This document shows, piece by piece, positions 40,486 through 49,546 of a stretch of 64,000 nucleotides of DNA. The position numbers and the translations under genes are program-made. Positions within the stretch are counted from its first letter, which is position 1. Each line of letters begins with the position of its first letter. The notes beneath the pieces were generated by a model. That model was not told the DNA's origin and ran no database searches. It saw only the letters and a program-made list of their open reading frames with translations. This stretch comes from Deltaproteobacteria bacterium (GTDB lineage Bacteria > Myxococcota_A > UBA9160 > UBA4427), in the NCBI GenBank assembly GCA_029261835.1, contig JAJDAO010000031.1:18-64017 (forward strand). Direction: 5' to 3'.

Positions 40486-40524
40486 GACGCCTGTCTCGTC
40501 GAGCAGCCGAGGCAGGCGTCTTTC
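40486..40524. terminator. Hairpin between convergent genes
   Basis: GACGCCTGTCTCG...CGAGGCAGGCGTC then TTTC. Confidence 0.6.
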
Positions 40525-40810
40525 ATTTGCGCTTGATCATGCCCGCGCGAACCATTTCATTGTGACGCTGCTCCGCGCGCGCATGCGTCCTGTCGACGCG
40601 CATTCCGCGATCCCACCACTGATGATCGCACGGGTAGCAGCGCGCCGCGAGCCGCACGATGCCGCCGGGGTTGCTGCGCTTCGACTTGATGCGCGCATCG
40701 TGGTAGGTGTTGAACGTCCCGCACTTCGGGCACTTCGCAGAGATCATCGAGGCGACGCGCGCGAACGGCGTCGCACTTGAGCCCGATGCGGTCGGCTGGC
40801 CTGACGTCAT
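40523..40810 (-). CDS. Zn-finger hypothetical protein
   Basis: CPKC...CYPC pairs; start uncertain. Confidence 0.5.
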   Translation of the reverse strand: MTSGQPTASGSSATPFARVASMISAKCPKCGTFNTYHDARIKSKRSNPGGIVRLAARCYPCDHQWWDRGMRVDRTHARAEQRHNEMVRAGMIKRK

Positions 40811-41252
40811 CGTGCGCCCGCTTTCGCTGCGCGCTGAATGAGAACGAGTCCGGCGGCGATGTCTTCGAGCGTCGGGCCTGTCGGCGAACGCTTCATGTGG
40901 TCGGCGAGGCAGCTCGCGGCTTCGAGTTCTTCAGGGCTCCAATCGAAAGCGGCGGAGGCCTCTTCGAGCGCGCCGAGCGCAACGGACATCAGCGCGACAG
41001 CGCGTGCCGTTACGACATCAGCGCAAGGTTCTGGTCTAGGTACAGGCATGCACGCTCTCCGAGTAGGAAGTGGAAGGGCCGAGACGCGCATTACCCCCGA
41101 CTCGCATGATCGGCCGTCGCCTAACGAGCCAGGACCGTCCCGCGCTATCACTCGGGCAAGAGATGCGCAGGGAGACACCGGCGCACTTCACGGCCCTTCC
41201 GACGAGAAGCCTACCTTGCGCATTTTCGTTTGTCGAATAATATCAAACCTCG

Positions 41253-41284
41253 CTCATGTCGCTGCGGCCATCCGCCGAAGATAG
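41253..41284 (+). promoter_or_regulatory. Repeated promoter unit, copy 4
   Basis: CTCATG-N15-GCCGAAGATA. Confidence 0.65.
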
Positions 41285-41317
41285 CTGCTCAAGCGGACCT
41301 CTCCCGGAAAACATCCA

Positions 41318-41635
41318 ATGAAGACCGTCACACGCAAGATCGGAAGCAACCGAGGCCGGCCGCGCCTCTGGCTCGAAGGCAAGCTGCTGAGCGACGCAGG
41401 GTTCAAGCCCGGCGATCGCTACGACAGGACTTTCGGTTCAGGGCTGACCATACTTCTTCAGAAGCGCTCAGATGGCGCCTACACGGTGAGCGGGAAAGGC
41501 GAGAAGCCGATCATCGACATCGCCGGCGCCGATCTGATCAGGGCCTTTAGCAAGCTCGGCGTCATGCCGAAGTCTGTCAGCGTCAAGGCTCTTGAACGAG
41601 GCTCAGGCATCGTCTGCGACGCGATCTTCGAATAG
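41318..41635 (+). CDS. SymE/AbrB-fold-like protein
   Basis: PRLWLEGKLLSDAGFKPGD resembles SymE-type LxGxWLxxAGFxxG. Confidence 0.55.
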   Translation: MKTVTRKIGSNRGRPRLWLEGKLLSDAGFKPGDRYDRTFGSGLTILLQKRSDGAYTVSGKGEKPIIDIAGADLIRAFSKLGVMPKSVSVKALERGSGIVCDAIFE

Positions 41636-41647
41636 AATGAAACTCAT

Positions 41648-41698
41648 CTCATGTTACTGGGCGCCTCTTCCGAATAGGTAGGTAACCCCGACAAGGAA
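41648..41698 (+). promoter_or_regulatory. Repeated promoter+RBS unit, copy 5
   Basis: CTCATG-N15-TCCGAATAGG...AAGGAA. Confidence 0.75.
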
Positions 41699-41704
41699 CA
41701 CGAG

Positions 41705-41887
41705 ATGAACAGCCCGCGCATCGACAGCAACCTGACCTTCTTCCCTCACCACATCGCCGAAGCCAAGGCCGCAGCGCTTCAGGAGAGCGACCCCGAATGG
41801 AGCTACTTCGCACTTCCCTGCATCGTCGGCCCTTACTCGATCATCTTGGCGATCGACGAAGAGGGCGCTCTGCTCGGGAACTTCTAG
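41705..41887 (+). CDS. Small hypothetical protein
   Basis: Follows promoter/RBS repeat. Confidence 0.65.
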   Translation: MNSPRIDSNLTFFPHHIAEAKAAALQESDPEWSYFALPCIVGPYSIILAIDEEGALLGNF

Positions 41888-41997
41888 ACGAGATGCCAAG
41901 CATGAAAACACGCAAGCACTACGGCAGCGCGCGACGTCGCGGGCTGCTTCGACAAGGCCTGTTGCACAGGACAAGGCAGGCCGCATCCGAGAGGCTT

Positions 41998-42384
41998 ATG
42001 AGCACACGCGAACAACAGGGCGCGCTCGCGCGCCAATGGATCGAAAGCAGGATCTCGCCGCACATCTCGATCGAGAAGTTCAAGCACTACACGCCGCATG
42101 AGATCAAGCAAGTCTCGCTCGGGCAGCTCAAGACGTCGATCGAGTGGTACGCAGCGCGGTTCAGCAACGGCAGCGCGTGCGTCTACACGAGCGCGTCTGG
42201 CAATGGCGCGCAGATCGTCTCCGAGACGACTCAGCTCGAATGGCATCGAAGCCTCGATCAGCTTGTCGCGACGATCGCTCTTGACATCGCGAACACGTTC
42301 GCTGAGCGCGACGAGGAAAAGGCGATCGAGTCGAGGCGCAAGGCAGACGCGCTGCTCGTGTTCACGAAACAGGAGACGGCATGA
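41998..42384 (+). CDS. Hypothetical protein
   Basis: GAGG RBS before ATG 41998; ATGA overlap with ArsR gene. Confidence 0.55.
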   Translation: MSTREQQGALARQWIESRISPHISIEKFKHYTPHEIKQVSLGQLKTSIEWYAARFSNGSACVYTSASGNGAQIVSETTQLEWHRSLDQLVATIALDIANTFAERDEEKAIESRRKADALLVFTKQETA

Positions 42385-42749
42385 TCACCAAAGGCAAGCT
42401 CGCGAGCGAAGGCATCCGAGACATCTGCGCGAAGCTGTCTGCTCTTTCAGACACGACGCGCATGCGGATCATCGAGGCCTTGGTCAACGACACCGATGAC
42501 GTCGGAGTCTGCGTCGGGGGGCTCGTCGAAGCACTCGGCATTGACCAGCCGAAGATCAGTCATCATCTTGCTGCGCTGCGCTCTGCCGGTCTCGTCACGA
42601 GCGAGCGCTGCGGCCGGCACATCTTCTATCGGCCAGCGTGGCAGTATTCATCGGGCGGGCACTTCCTCGCAGGCCAGCGGCCAGGGCGCGCGGCCTTCAA
42701 GATGGACGGCCTGTCGATCGTCTTAGACTTCGACGAGGCCGTGCGCTGA
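42381..42749 (+). CDS. ArsR/SmtB-family winged-HTH regulator
   Basis: LSALSDTTRMRII...CVGGLVEALGIDQPKISHHLAALRSAGLVTSERCGRHIFY. Confidence 0.9.
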   Translation: MITKGKLASEGIRDICAKLSALSDTTRMRIIEALVNDTDDVGVCVGGLVEALGIDQPKISHHLAALRSAGLVTSERCGRHIFYRPAWQYSSGGHFLAGQRPGRAAFKMDGLSIVLDFDEAVR

Positions 42750-42909
42750 ATCTCGAGTTTCGTCTCAAGTGCCGACTGCGCAGCAAGCTATCGGCCGCGC
42801 AGTCGGCGTCATCGATCTATCCCCGCGCCGGGAAAGACCGTCTCCCGCGAGCGACAAGCTCGAAGGCGATCGGGCATCCTCGGCCAGCCATCGAAGAAAG
42901 TCAAACCGC

Positions 42910-43347
42910 ATGAGCGATCTTGGAAAAGGAACGTCTCGACGTCGCGATGAGTTCATCGAAGCGGTTCGAGGCGTCTGCAGATCTCACGGCGTTTCGCTTT
43001 CCCATGAAGACGGTCACGGCCTGTTTGTCGTCACGGACTGGAACCGATCGGACGACGAGTGGATGGCAGACGCCGTCGACAAAATCGAAACGAGCGACGC
43101 GATGATATCTAAGGCGTCAGGCTGCAGCCTTCCGGTCGACTACTCGTGCAAGGTCGTCAAGAGGCGCTGCAAGGGCTCGACCGCATGGAACCCGACAGGC
43201 GAGTCGTGGACGTGGAAGGTCTCGACGACGTGCGGAACGGTTGCGTTCGGGCCTCGCCTTAGCTGGCCCGACAAGTCGGAGAAAGACCTGCGCATTTTTC
43301 TTGATGCGCTCGGGTTCACGGATCAGAAAATCGAGGTCGTTGAATGA
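42910..43347 (+). CDS. Hypothetical protein
   Basis: VCRSHGVSLSHEDGHGLFVV motif; ATG 42910. Confidence 0.55.
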   Translation: MSDLGKGTSRRRDEFIEAVRGVCRSHGVSLSHEDGHGLFVVTDWNRSDDEWMADAVDKIETSDAMISKASGCSLPVDYSCKVVKRRCKGSTAWNPTGESWTWKVSTTCGTVAFGPRLSWPDKSEKDLRIFLDALGFTDQKIEVVE

Positions 43348-43871
43348 GCAAGCGATACGGAAGAAACCAAAAGCGACGCGCGCGAGAGCGTATTCAAAGC
43401 CTTGAATCTCAGTGCTCTTCGCTGCGCCTATCTGCCGAAGCGCTACGCAGCAAAGAGAGCAAGTCGGCGAGGCTGATGCAGTTCGTGAGCGCGCGACTCA
43501 GGGAGGTCGGAGCGGACATGTCGCCCATGGAAGAAGCGCGATCGATCGAGCTGCGCCTTCCTGAAGACGCAAGGGAGTTCCGGCTTCCCGTTCATGGCCC
43601 CGCGCTGTCTATTCACGAGGCTGGCGCGCTGGCCGCTCTCGATTCGATCGCAGAGTCAGTGGCGATGCGTGTCATCGAAGCCGGCATCGAGAGGTCGGCG
43701 GGCGATCTTCGCGGAGAGGTTCATGCCTACGCGACATTCGGAAGCAGCCGAAGGGCCGTGTACACGATGAGCGATCAGGCTTTCTTTGAGGCTTCCTACA
43801 GCGGGCGCATTCACGAAGAGATCGCGCGCAGGCTGAATGAAGAGCTTCACCGCATACCTCCGTTCAGGTAA
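43344..43871 (+). CDS. Hypothetical protein
   Basis: MSKRYGRNQKRRARERI N-terminus; ATGA overlap. Confidence 0.7.
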   Translation: MSKRYGRNQKRRARERIQSLESQCSSLRLSAEALRSKESKSARLMQFVSARLREVGADMSPMEEARSIELRLPEDAREFRLPVHGPALSIHEAGALAALDSIAESVAMRVIEAGIERSAGDLRGEVHAYATFGSSRRAVYTMSDQAFFEASYSGRIHEEIARRLNEELHRIPPFR

Positions 43872-43940
43872 TCCGAAACCAGGTTCAAGTCGCCCTGCTT
43901 GTCTGCCGAAGAGGATGGCATCCCAAACGGAGACAGCTCG

Positions 43941-44222
43941 ATGATCAACGACTACGGAATCGAAACCGACGCGATCGCAGTCCGCGACGTGATCGCCTTC
44001 AAGCTCGACGTCGAGCACTACGCCGAGATCATCGAGGTACGTCGATCGCGCCTCGGCGGGCGCGAGTTCGTCGTCAGGATGCGCGAGGAAGATGGCGAGG
44101 CGCAGCTCGAAGCGGGCGACGAGCATGCAGTCTGGGAGCGCGACGCGTTCGATCACTTGCCATCCAAGCGCGGAGTCTCTGAGATTTCTTCGAAGTCGGC
44201 TCATGTTGAGCGGTTCGCTTGA
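43941..44222 (+). CDS. Cassette ORF, hypothetical
   Basis: ATG after AACGGAGA. Confidence 0.6.
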   Translation: MINDYGIETDAIAVRDVIAFKLDVEHYAEIIEVRRSRLGGREFVVRMREEDGEAQLEAGDEHAVWERDAFDHLPSKRGVSEISSKSAHVERFA

Positions 44223-44257
44223 CGAAGAGGTAGGTACCTCGCAACGGAGACTCAGCA

Positions 44258-44488
44258 ATGAGCAACGAAGCCAAAGCAAACGAAGCGCCCGCGCCCGACC
44301 AAAGCATCGACGCAGAGCTTCTGCGCGACTTGGTCGCCGAACTTTCTGACGCCGCGAAGCGCCGGATCGTGAAGAAGTACAAGAAGCGCGTCGACGGCAT
44401 GCGCAACAGCCAGACGCCAGGGCATGCGTTCTGGTTTCCCGAGCACTCCGCCGCATTGCAGCGCGTGAAGAGCGTCATCGGCGTTTGA
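44258..44488 (+). CDS. Cassette ORF, hypothetical
   Basis: ATG after AACGGAGA; TGA followed by GAAAAAA. Confidence 0.7.
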   Translation: MSNEAKANEAPAPDQSIDAELLRDLVAELSDAAKRRIVKKYKKRVDGMRNSQTPGHAFWFPEHSAALQRVKSVIGV

Positions 44489-44564
44489 GAAAAAAGGCAG
44501 CCGGCGCTCAAGTCAAAGGGCGCCGGCTGCCGAAGAGGCTGGTAACCCAACGGAGACTCTGACG

Positions 44565-44903
44565 ATGACCACCAAGATCAAGTTCGCTCGCGCCCTCGGG
44601 CGCTGCCGCGCTTGCAAGGCCGGCGTCTCTGCCCCTGTGATCAAGGTCATGACCGAGCGCGGAGAGCATCGCCCCGGCGTGCCGATCATCAAGACCGAGT
44701 TCGTTTGGGCGACCCGTCGCGCCGCGCGCCCCGTGCGCTTCAGCTCCGCGAGTGTTGAATGCGCGTGCGGCGCGGCAGTGAGCGTGTCCGTCGTCAAAGG
44801 CCGCGTGAACGCTGACGCCGCTTGCAACGCGAAGTGCGAGGCCTCGACCGGCCCGACCTGCGAGTGCGCCTGCGGCGGCGAGAACCACGGCTCTGCGCAC
44901 TGA
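44565..44903 (+). CDS. Cassette ORF, Cys-rich Zn-binding protein
   Basis: CRAC, CNAKC, CECACGGENHG. Confidence 0.75.
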   Translation: MTTKIKFARALGRCRACKAGVSAPVIKVMTERGEHRPGVPIIKTEFVWATRRAARPVRFSSASVECACGAAVSVSVVKGRVNADAACNAKCEASTGPTCECACGGENHGSAH

Positions 44904-45002
44904 GAAAAGATCGCCTGCAGGTATCAAGTCGCAGGCTCGACTTCGACGAAGAGGCTGCTACCGGCAGCAAGCCGCAGCCGGGCAAAACGAAAGGGAAGCG
45001 CC

Positions 45003-45323
45003 ATGAAGAACGACCACGATCAGCACGCCGGCGAGCATTGCGACTTCGAGCCTACGACTGGCGTTTGCGAGGTCTGCGGAGTTTCGAACGACATCTGCGA
45101 AGAGTGCGACGGCGTCGGCTATCACCGCGACGACTGCGCGCACGCCGACAGCGGAGATGCTCTCTTCGACGCGATTCAGGCGCCGCTCGCCGAGGCCTTC
45201 CGGTTGCTGCGCGGGCTCGACGAGGAACTCTGCGAGGCCTCGGCTCGCCTTGCCGAACTGAAGCCGGGCGACCTCGCTCGCGTGCGCAAGATCGTCGACA
45301 CCCTGAAGCAGATTCGGATCTGA
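45003..45323 (+). CDS. Cassette ORF, Cys/His-rich protein
   Basis: CEVC, CEECDGVGYH. Confidence 0.7.
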   Translation: MKNDHDQHAGEHCDFEPTTGVCEVCGVSNDICEECDGVGYHRDDCAHADSGDALFDAIQAPLAEAFRLLRGLDEELCEASARLAELKPGDLARVRKIVDTLKQIRI

Positions 45324-45399
45324 GAAAAATCTCGAGATCAGCTCAGGTTGCGAGCGCCGGCTTCCGAAGAGGTATGTACCTCGCGACGGAGATCGCACG

Positions 45400-45690
45400 A
45401 TGAGCTACACAAAGAAAAGCCCGGCCCGATTCGCCTGCTCGACCTGCGGCATCGCTCATGACGGCATGCGCGACGCCGTCGAATGCTGCCCCGAGATTCT
45501 TCTCAGCAAGCAGGTCGTCGCGTTTCTTCCGAGCCGCCCCGAGATCGGTTCGGTCGTCTGGTCTGCCTTCGTTGCCTTCGAGACCGGCGACGTCGAGCGC
45601 AGGTTCAACTACTGGCATCGCCGCGCGCTGCGCGCCCTCGCGCGCGGCATGAGCGAGGCTGAGCACAACCCCGCTTGCTACGGCGTCTGA
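45400..45690 (+). CDS. Cassette ORF, Zn-finger-like protein
   Basis: CSTCGIAH...AVECCP. Confidence 0.7.
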   Translation: MSYTKKSPARFACSTCGIAHDGMRDAVECCPEILLSKQVVAFLPSRPEIGSVVWSAFVAFETGDVERRFNYWHRRALRALARGMSEAEHNPACYGV

Positions 45691-45767
45691 GAAAAAGCCA
45701 GCGCGCCTCTCAAGTCCATGGGGCGCGCTGGCCGAAGAGATTGTTACCCACGAACGGAGACAACGCC

Positions 45768-46001
45768 ATGAAGGCCCCGAGCAACAGACCGACCGAGAGA
45801 GTCAGCATCGCCGGCTACCTCGCCGACCTTCTTCATCAAGGCCCGGTCAACGGACAAGAGCACTACGTCGTGTCGCGAGCGAACGGCATGTTTCAGATCT
45901 GGACCGACGACCCGCCCGGCGCTTCCGACGGATACCCGCGCTGCGTGGTTCAGTCCGAAGACCTGAACAAGCTGCGCGCGTGGTGGAAGGCCAACGCCTG
46001 A
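45768..46001 (+). CDS. Cassette ORF, hypothetical
   Basis: ATG 45768 after AACGGAGA. Confidence 0.65.
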   Translation: MKAPSNRPTERVSIAGYLADLLHQGPVNGQEHYVVSRANGMFQIWTDDPPGASDGYPRCVVQSEDLNKLRAWWKANA

Positions 46002-46079
46002 GAGAAAAAACCTTCGGGCGGACTCACGTCGAGCCGCCCGAAGGTCGAAGAGGTTGTTACCCCCAAGCGAGCGACAGCC

Positions 46080-46355
46080 ATGACCAACGAAGCGAAGATC
46101 ATCTCGACTACGACCGACAGCGGCACGACCTGCGTCGCCGCGACCTGCGGCAAGAAGGAAGCCTTCCTGACCTTCAACGCCAAGCGCGGCGATGTCTCCG
46201 TGCTCTGCATCAACGCCGCGCATAGGGCCTACCGCGCGAGCCTTGGCCGCGTCTTCCGCAACGTCGACGAGGCCCTCGCGGCCTACAAGTCCGAGACCAT
46301 GCGTACAATGATCCGCGCCGGATACGCTGAAGCCTGCGCAGTTTTGATGGGCTGA
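46080..46355 (+). CDS. Cassette ORF, hypothetical
   Basis: Follows repeat copy 12. Confidence 0.7.
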   Translation: MTNEAKIISTTTDSGTTCVAATCGKKEAFLTFNAKRGDVSVLCINAAHRAYRASLGRVFRNVDEALAAYKSETMRTMIRAGYAEACAVLMG

Positions 46356-46431
46356 GCTAGCGATCGAAGAATCCCTGCTTTCGAAAAGTTCGAGACGTGA
46401 TAGTCTTTCCGGGATTGGAGCGGGAAGGCAT

Positions 46432-46644
46432 ATGGCGAAGATCGAATCGAAACGCGTGGTCAAGGGAACCGACGTCGCCGGATGGGTTGCGATGTGCCTA
46501 TGCCTAGAAAGCATCCGTTTCGCCGTCACGCCTAAAGAAGACGGCGAGTTCGAGTTCACCGCGAGCTGCGGGCCTGCGACGCTGCGGCGCATGGTCGCCG
46601 AGTTCGTGACTGCGCGAGAGGAAGGCGAAGACTATGGCGGGTGA
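46432..46644 (+). CDS. Hypothetical protein
   Basis: GGAG/GGAAGG upstream. Confidence 0.55.
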   Translation: MAKIESKRVVKGTDVAGWVAMCLCLESIRFAVTPKEDGEFEFTASCGPATLRRMVAEFVTAREEGEDYGG

Positions 46645-47119
46645 CGAAAAATCAGGCGAGTACAAAGAGCGCGCGCTCATAGCGATAAAATCCTATTTCG
46701 ACTGCGCCTTTGAATGCGACCGAGAGGAAGTCTTGCTCGCTCTCGCGAGGGATGACCTCGCGGTAACTGAAGAGCTGCTCATCATGGCCGACGCGAACGC
46801 GAAGGCTCGCGCACGCAGTTCGTTCTCGATGTTCTTCGCCGGCCCTGTCGGCATCGACGCCTTGGCCGACGACGTGCGGCCTTCGAGTCGCGCCGCGTGG
46901 AGTGCCGCATGGAATGAAGCGTGGAAGATCGAGGGTGCTCCACTGCGCAGTGCGCTTTACAGCGCGCGCCTCGACTTCATGAAAGACGTTCTCGGCTGGC
47001 GCTGCCGGCGCATTCAATGCGTTGATGTCGGCGAACCCAAGCCGGACGCGACCGCTTGCAAGGCGTGCGGAAAGTCGGCGCCGCTCGTCGATGGCGAATG
47101 CCCTGACTGCCGACACTGA
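46634..47119 (+). CDS. Hypothetical protein with C-terminal Zn ribbon
   Basis: CKAC...CPDC. Confidence 0.55.
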   Translation: MAGDEKSGEYKERALIAIKSYFDCAFECDREEVLLALARDDLAVTEELLIMADANAKARARSSFSMFFAGPVGIDALADDVRPSSRAAWSAAWNEAWKIEGAPLRSALYSARLDFMKDVLGWRCRRIQCVDVGEPKPDATACKACGKSAPLVDGECPDCRH

Positions 47120-47136
47120 GCAACGGGAGAGCAGAG

Positions 47137-47532
47137 ATGCCTGACCGAGTGGAAGACGCGAAGCTCGATGAGCTGCTCAAGCTAGAGCGCGGCGTCGGCC
47201 CGTCGGTCTATTTCGGCGTCGAGTACCAGCGCCGACACGAGCTGCGGCAAGAGCTTGCCGGCGCGCTCGCGGCAGAGGTCTTCGCGCTGCGCGCCGAGGT
47301 CGCGAAGATGCGCTGCCTGCGGACGCCTGAAGAGATTGAATCCGATGAAGAGCCGGCGCTCTGGTACGAACTTCCTGTGCGCGAGGCGCCAACGCTTTGC
47401 ACGCTAGCCGAGCTGCGCGAAGATCACGGAATCGAAAACGGCTTCGCTTGGTTTCAAAGCGTCTTCGCGTGGCTTCCGATCCCGAACCCGACGACAGATG
47501 TACTCATTCAGGGAGAGAACGACAATGACTGA
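47137..47532 (+). CDS. Hypothetical protein
   Basis: GGAG RBS; packed + strand run. Confidence 0.6.
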   Translation: MPDRVEDAKLDELLKLERGVGPSVYFGVEYQRRHELRQELAGALAAEVFALRAEVAKMRCLRTPEEIESDEEPALWYELPVREAPTLCTLAELREDHGIENGFAWFQSVFAWLPIPNPTTDVLIQGENDND

Positions 47533-48139
47533 CGAAGCACAGAGCCAGGTTGCGCGCACGATCGCGCTGCGCGGCGGACCGCTCGACCGCAGTTCCTACG
47601 AAGTGGTCAGCGGGTTCGACCCGCCGAACATGATCATCGTTCACGATCCCGAAGACTCTTCGTCCGTGCTCTGCTACCGAGTCGACGCCGAGGGTAGCGC
47701 AGCGTGGTTCGTGAGCAAGGCGCCGGCGCCTATGGCGCCGGCAAAACTCGAGACCGGCTTCCCGGTCGAGCTTGCCGACGGATGGACCTACGAACCGCTT
47801 TGGTGGAAGCCGGCCGGCAAGCCGAAGGTCTACCACTGGTGCATCCGCGCGCCGAACGTGTCTGCGCGCGAGGCGCCCGGCGCCGTGCTCTACATGTCAG
47901 AGCTTGAGCATGCGACCGAGGCTGCCCGCGACACCGAGGCGCGCAACACGCTTGCGGCTTGCGGGCACGACCCGAGCTGCGTCGGTCCGGTTCGCCCGAC
48001 GTGCGAAGGCTGCGATCAAGAGATCGACCCTGACACATGTTGGTGCGGCATCGCGAAGACAGGCCACTCTCGCGAAGAGCACTACTTCACTCCCATGGGT
48101 TGCGACTGCGGCCGCAAGCGCGTGGTGAGTCATGCCTGA
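47525..48139 (+). CDS. Hypothetical protein with C-terminal Cys/His motif
   Basis: CEGCDQEIDPDTCWCG...H...HYFTPMGCDC. Confidence 0.6.
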   Translation: MTDEAQSQVARTIALRGGPLDRSSYEVVSGFDPPNMIIVHDPEDSSSVLCYRVDAEGSAAWFVSKAPAPMAPAKLETGFPVELADGWTYEPLWWKPAGKPKVYHWCIRAPNVSAREAPGAVLYMSELEHATEAARDTEARNTLAACGHDPSCVGPVRPTCEGCDQEIDPDTCWCGIAKTGHSREEHYFTPMGCDCGRKRVVSHA

Positions 48140-48443
48140 CAAGGTCGCTGACCAGCACTTCGAAGGAGAGGCGCCGCGCCTCGTGTTCTTCTGCCCCGGC
48201 TGCGAGTGCGCGCACTGGGTTCGCGTCGAAGGCAGCATCCCGCCTGTGTGGCTATGGAACGAAGATCGCGAGTTCCCCACGTTCTCGCCCTCCGTGAAGA
48301 CGTGGTGGCCGACTCCCGAGGGCATGCACGTTTGCCATTCGTATGTTCAGGGCGGGCGCATGCGCTTCCTCGGAGATTGCACACACAAACTCAAGGGGCA
48401 GACTGTCGAGATTCCAGAATGGGAAAAGGCCTATGAACTCTAA
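48132..48443 (+). CDS. DUF6527-like protein
   Basis: FFCPGC..H, W.WN...PTFSPSV, CHSYV..GRMRFLGDCTH. Confidence 0.8.
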   Translation: MPDKVADQHFEGEAPRLVFFCPGCECAHWVRVEGSIPPVWLWNEDREFPTFSPSVKTWWPTPEGMHVCHSYVQGGRMRFLGDCTHKLKGQTVEIPEWEKAYEL

Positions 48444-48856
48444 GCCGATGACGACCACGGTCGTTGCACAGTGGCGCGGTCGCACGGGCCGCGTCGTCGC
48501 CAAGCTCGAACGCGTGTCGATGGTCGACGCGTCGTTGCGCTTGCGCATGTACACGTCCGACGGCAAGCGCGAGCGCTTCACCGATGTCGAGATGTCGAAC
48601 GACGAGGCGTGCGCTTGGGCCGAGTCGCACCTTACGGCGCCGTCGCTCTTGAACGCGCGCATCGAGAGGCCATGAGCCCCGTCTGCGTCTGCCGATGGCC
48701 GCGCGTGAAGCTCAGCGAGCACGGCGTCGAGTTCTGCGAGAAGTGCCTGTGCTCATGGCTTCCGAGCCATGGATCGCGGCAGCCGAAGAGCGTCGCGCCG
48801 GCGACGAGGCCGGGGCCTATCCCGACGCGACAGCAGCGAAGAAAATAAAGCCAGGT

Positions 48857-48907
48857 CTCAAGTGCGGCGGCTCGCCTTCCGAAGAAGGTATTACCCCCGA
48901 ACGGAGA
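48857..48907 (+). promoter_or_regulatory. Repeated promoter+RBS unit, copy 13
   Basis: CTCAAG-N15-TCCGAAGAAGG...AACGGAGA. Confidence 0.8.
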
Positions 48908-48914
48908 CTGACCG

Positions 48915-49187
48915 ATGACCACAACGATTCGCATGAACATGGGCGCCACGAAGAAGGCGATCACGGCCTACGCGCAAGATTGGTCGCGCGAGGCTCGCGA
49001 ATACGGCAGCGGCCGCGCCGCGACTGCCTACATCAACGTTTCGGTCACGCTGCATCGGAACCCCGGAGTCTCGCCGCAAGAGCGCGCCGACGTGCGCTCT
49101 GAGCTTGCCGCGATCCTGAAGGGCCTCGACCGCCACGGTCGCCGCGACGCGCGCCGGCAGGCGCGGTTCCTCGCCGAGCAACGCTGA
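48915..49187 (+). CDS. Hypothetical protein
   Basis: Follows repeat copy 13. Confidence 0.7.
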   Translation: MTTTIRMNMGATKKAITAYAQDWSREAREYGSGRAATAYINVSVTLHRNPGVSPQERADVRSELAAILKGLDRHGRRDARRQARFLAEQR

Positions 49188-49328
49188 ACGAAAAGAGCCG
49201 CACGCGAGATGCGTGCGGCTCAGTGCCGGAGTGCTCGTGTAAGGCGCGATAGCGCCGCCCGATGTCTAAGCGTGTTCGGGCCGACACGACGAGGGGAGCC
49301 CGGCGCTCCCAGTTCGAAAACTCGAGAT

Positions 49329-49526
49329 TCAGACGGCTCTGCAGAAGAACGGAACGTGCTTCATGACCTCGCGCCGCACGTCGTCGGCAAAGACGAAGGC
49401 GCTCTCGCCGAGCGTGAAGAATGGCGTCGGCCACGACGCGCCTGCGTCGTACATCTCCTGAACGGTCTCGCGCGGCGACTTCATCCGGCGCCAGTCGCAG
49501 ACCGGACACGGCGTCGTGTCGATCAT
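49329..49526 (-). CDS. Small hypothetical protein downstream of tRNA-like RNAs
   Basis: GAGG RBS, ATG 49526; CPVC motif. Confidence 0.45.
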   Translation of the reverse strand: MIDTTPCPVCDWRRMKSPRETVQEMYDAGASWPTPFFTLGESAFVFADDVRREVMKHVPFFCRAV

Positions 49527-49546
49527 GGCGCGACCTCGCGTGAGAG

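Larger units (their letters stand above)
43884..46079 (+). repeat. Seven tandem promoter+RBS repeats (copies 6-12), -35 boxes at 43884, 44200, 44507, 44923, 45342, 45709, 46023
   Basis: Each: A/T-tract (most), HTCANG-N15/16-KHCGAAGAG, usually AACGGAGA-like RBS, ATG. Confidence 0.85.

Noticed and set aside
42764-42790. Fourteenth promoter copy (CTCAAGT)
   Set aside because: No CCGAAGA box at the 15-16 nt spacing
43884-46079. CRISPR array or true integron
   Set aside because: Repeats are degenerate bipartite motifs separated by whole ORFs; no cas operon or tyrosine integrase recognised
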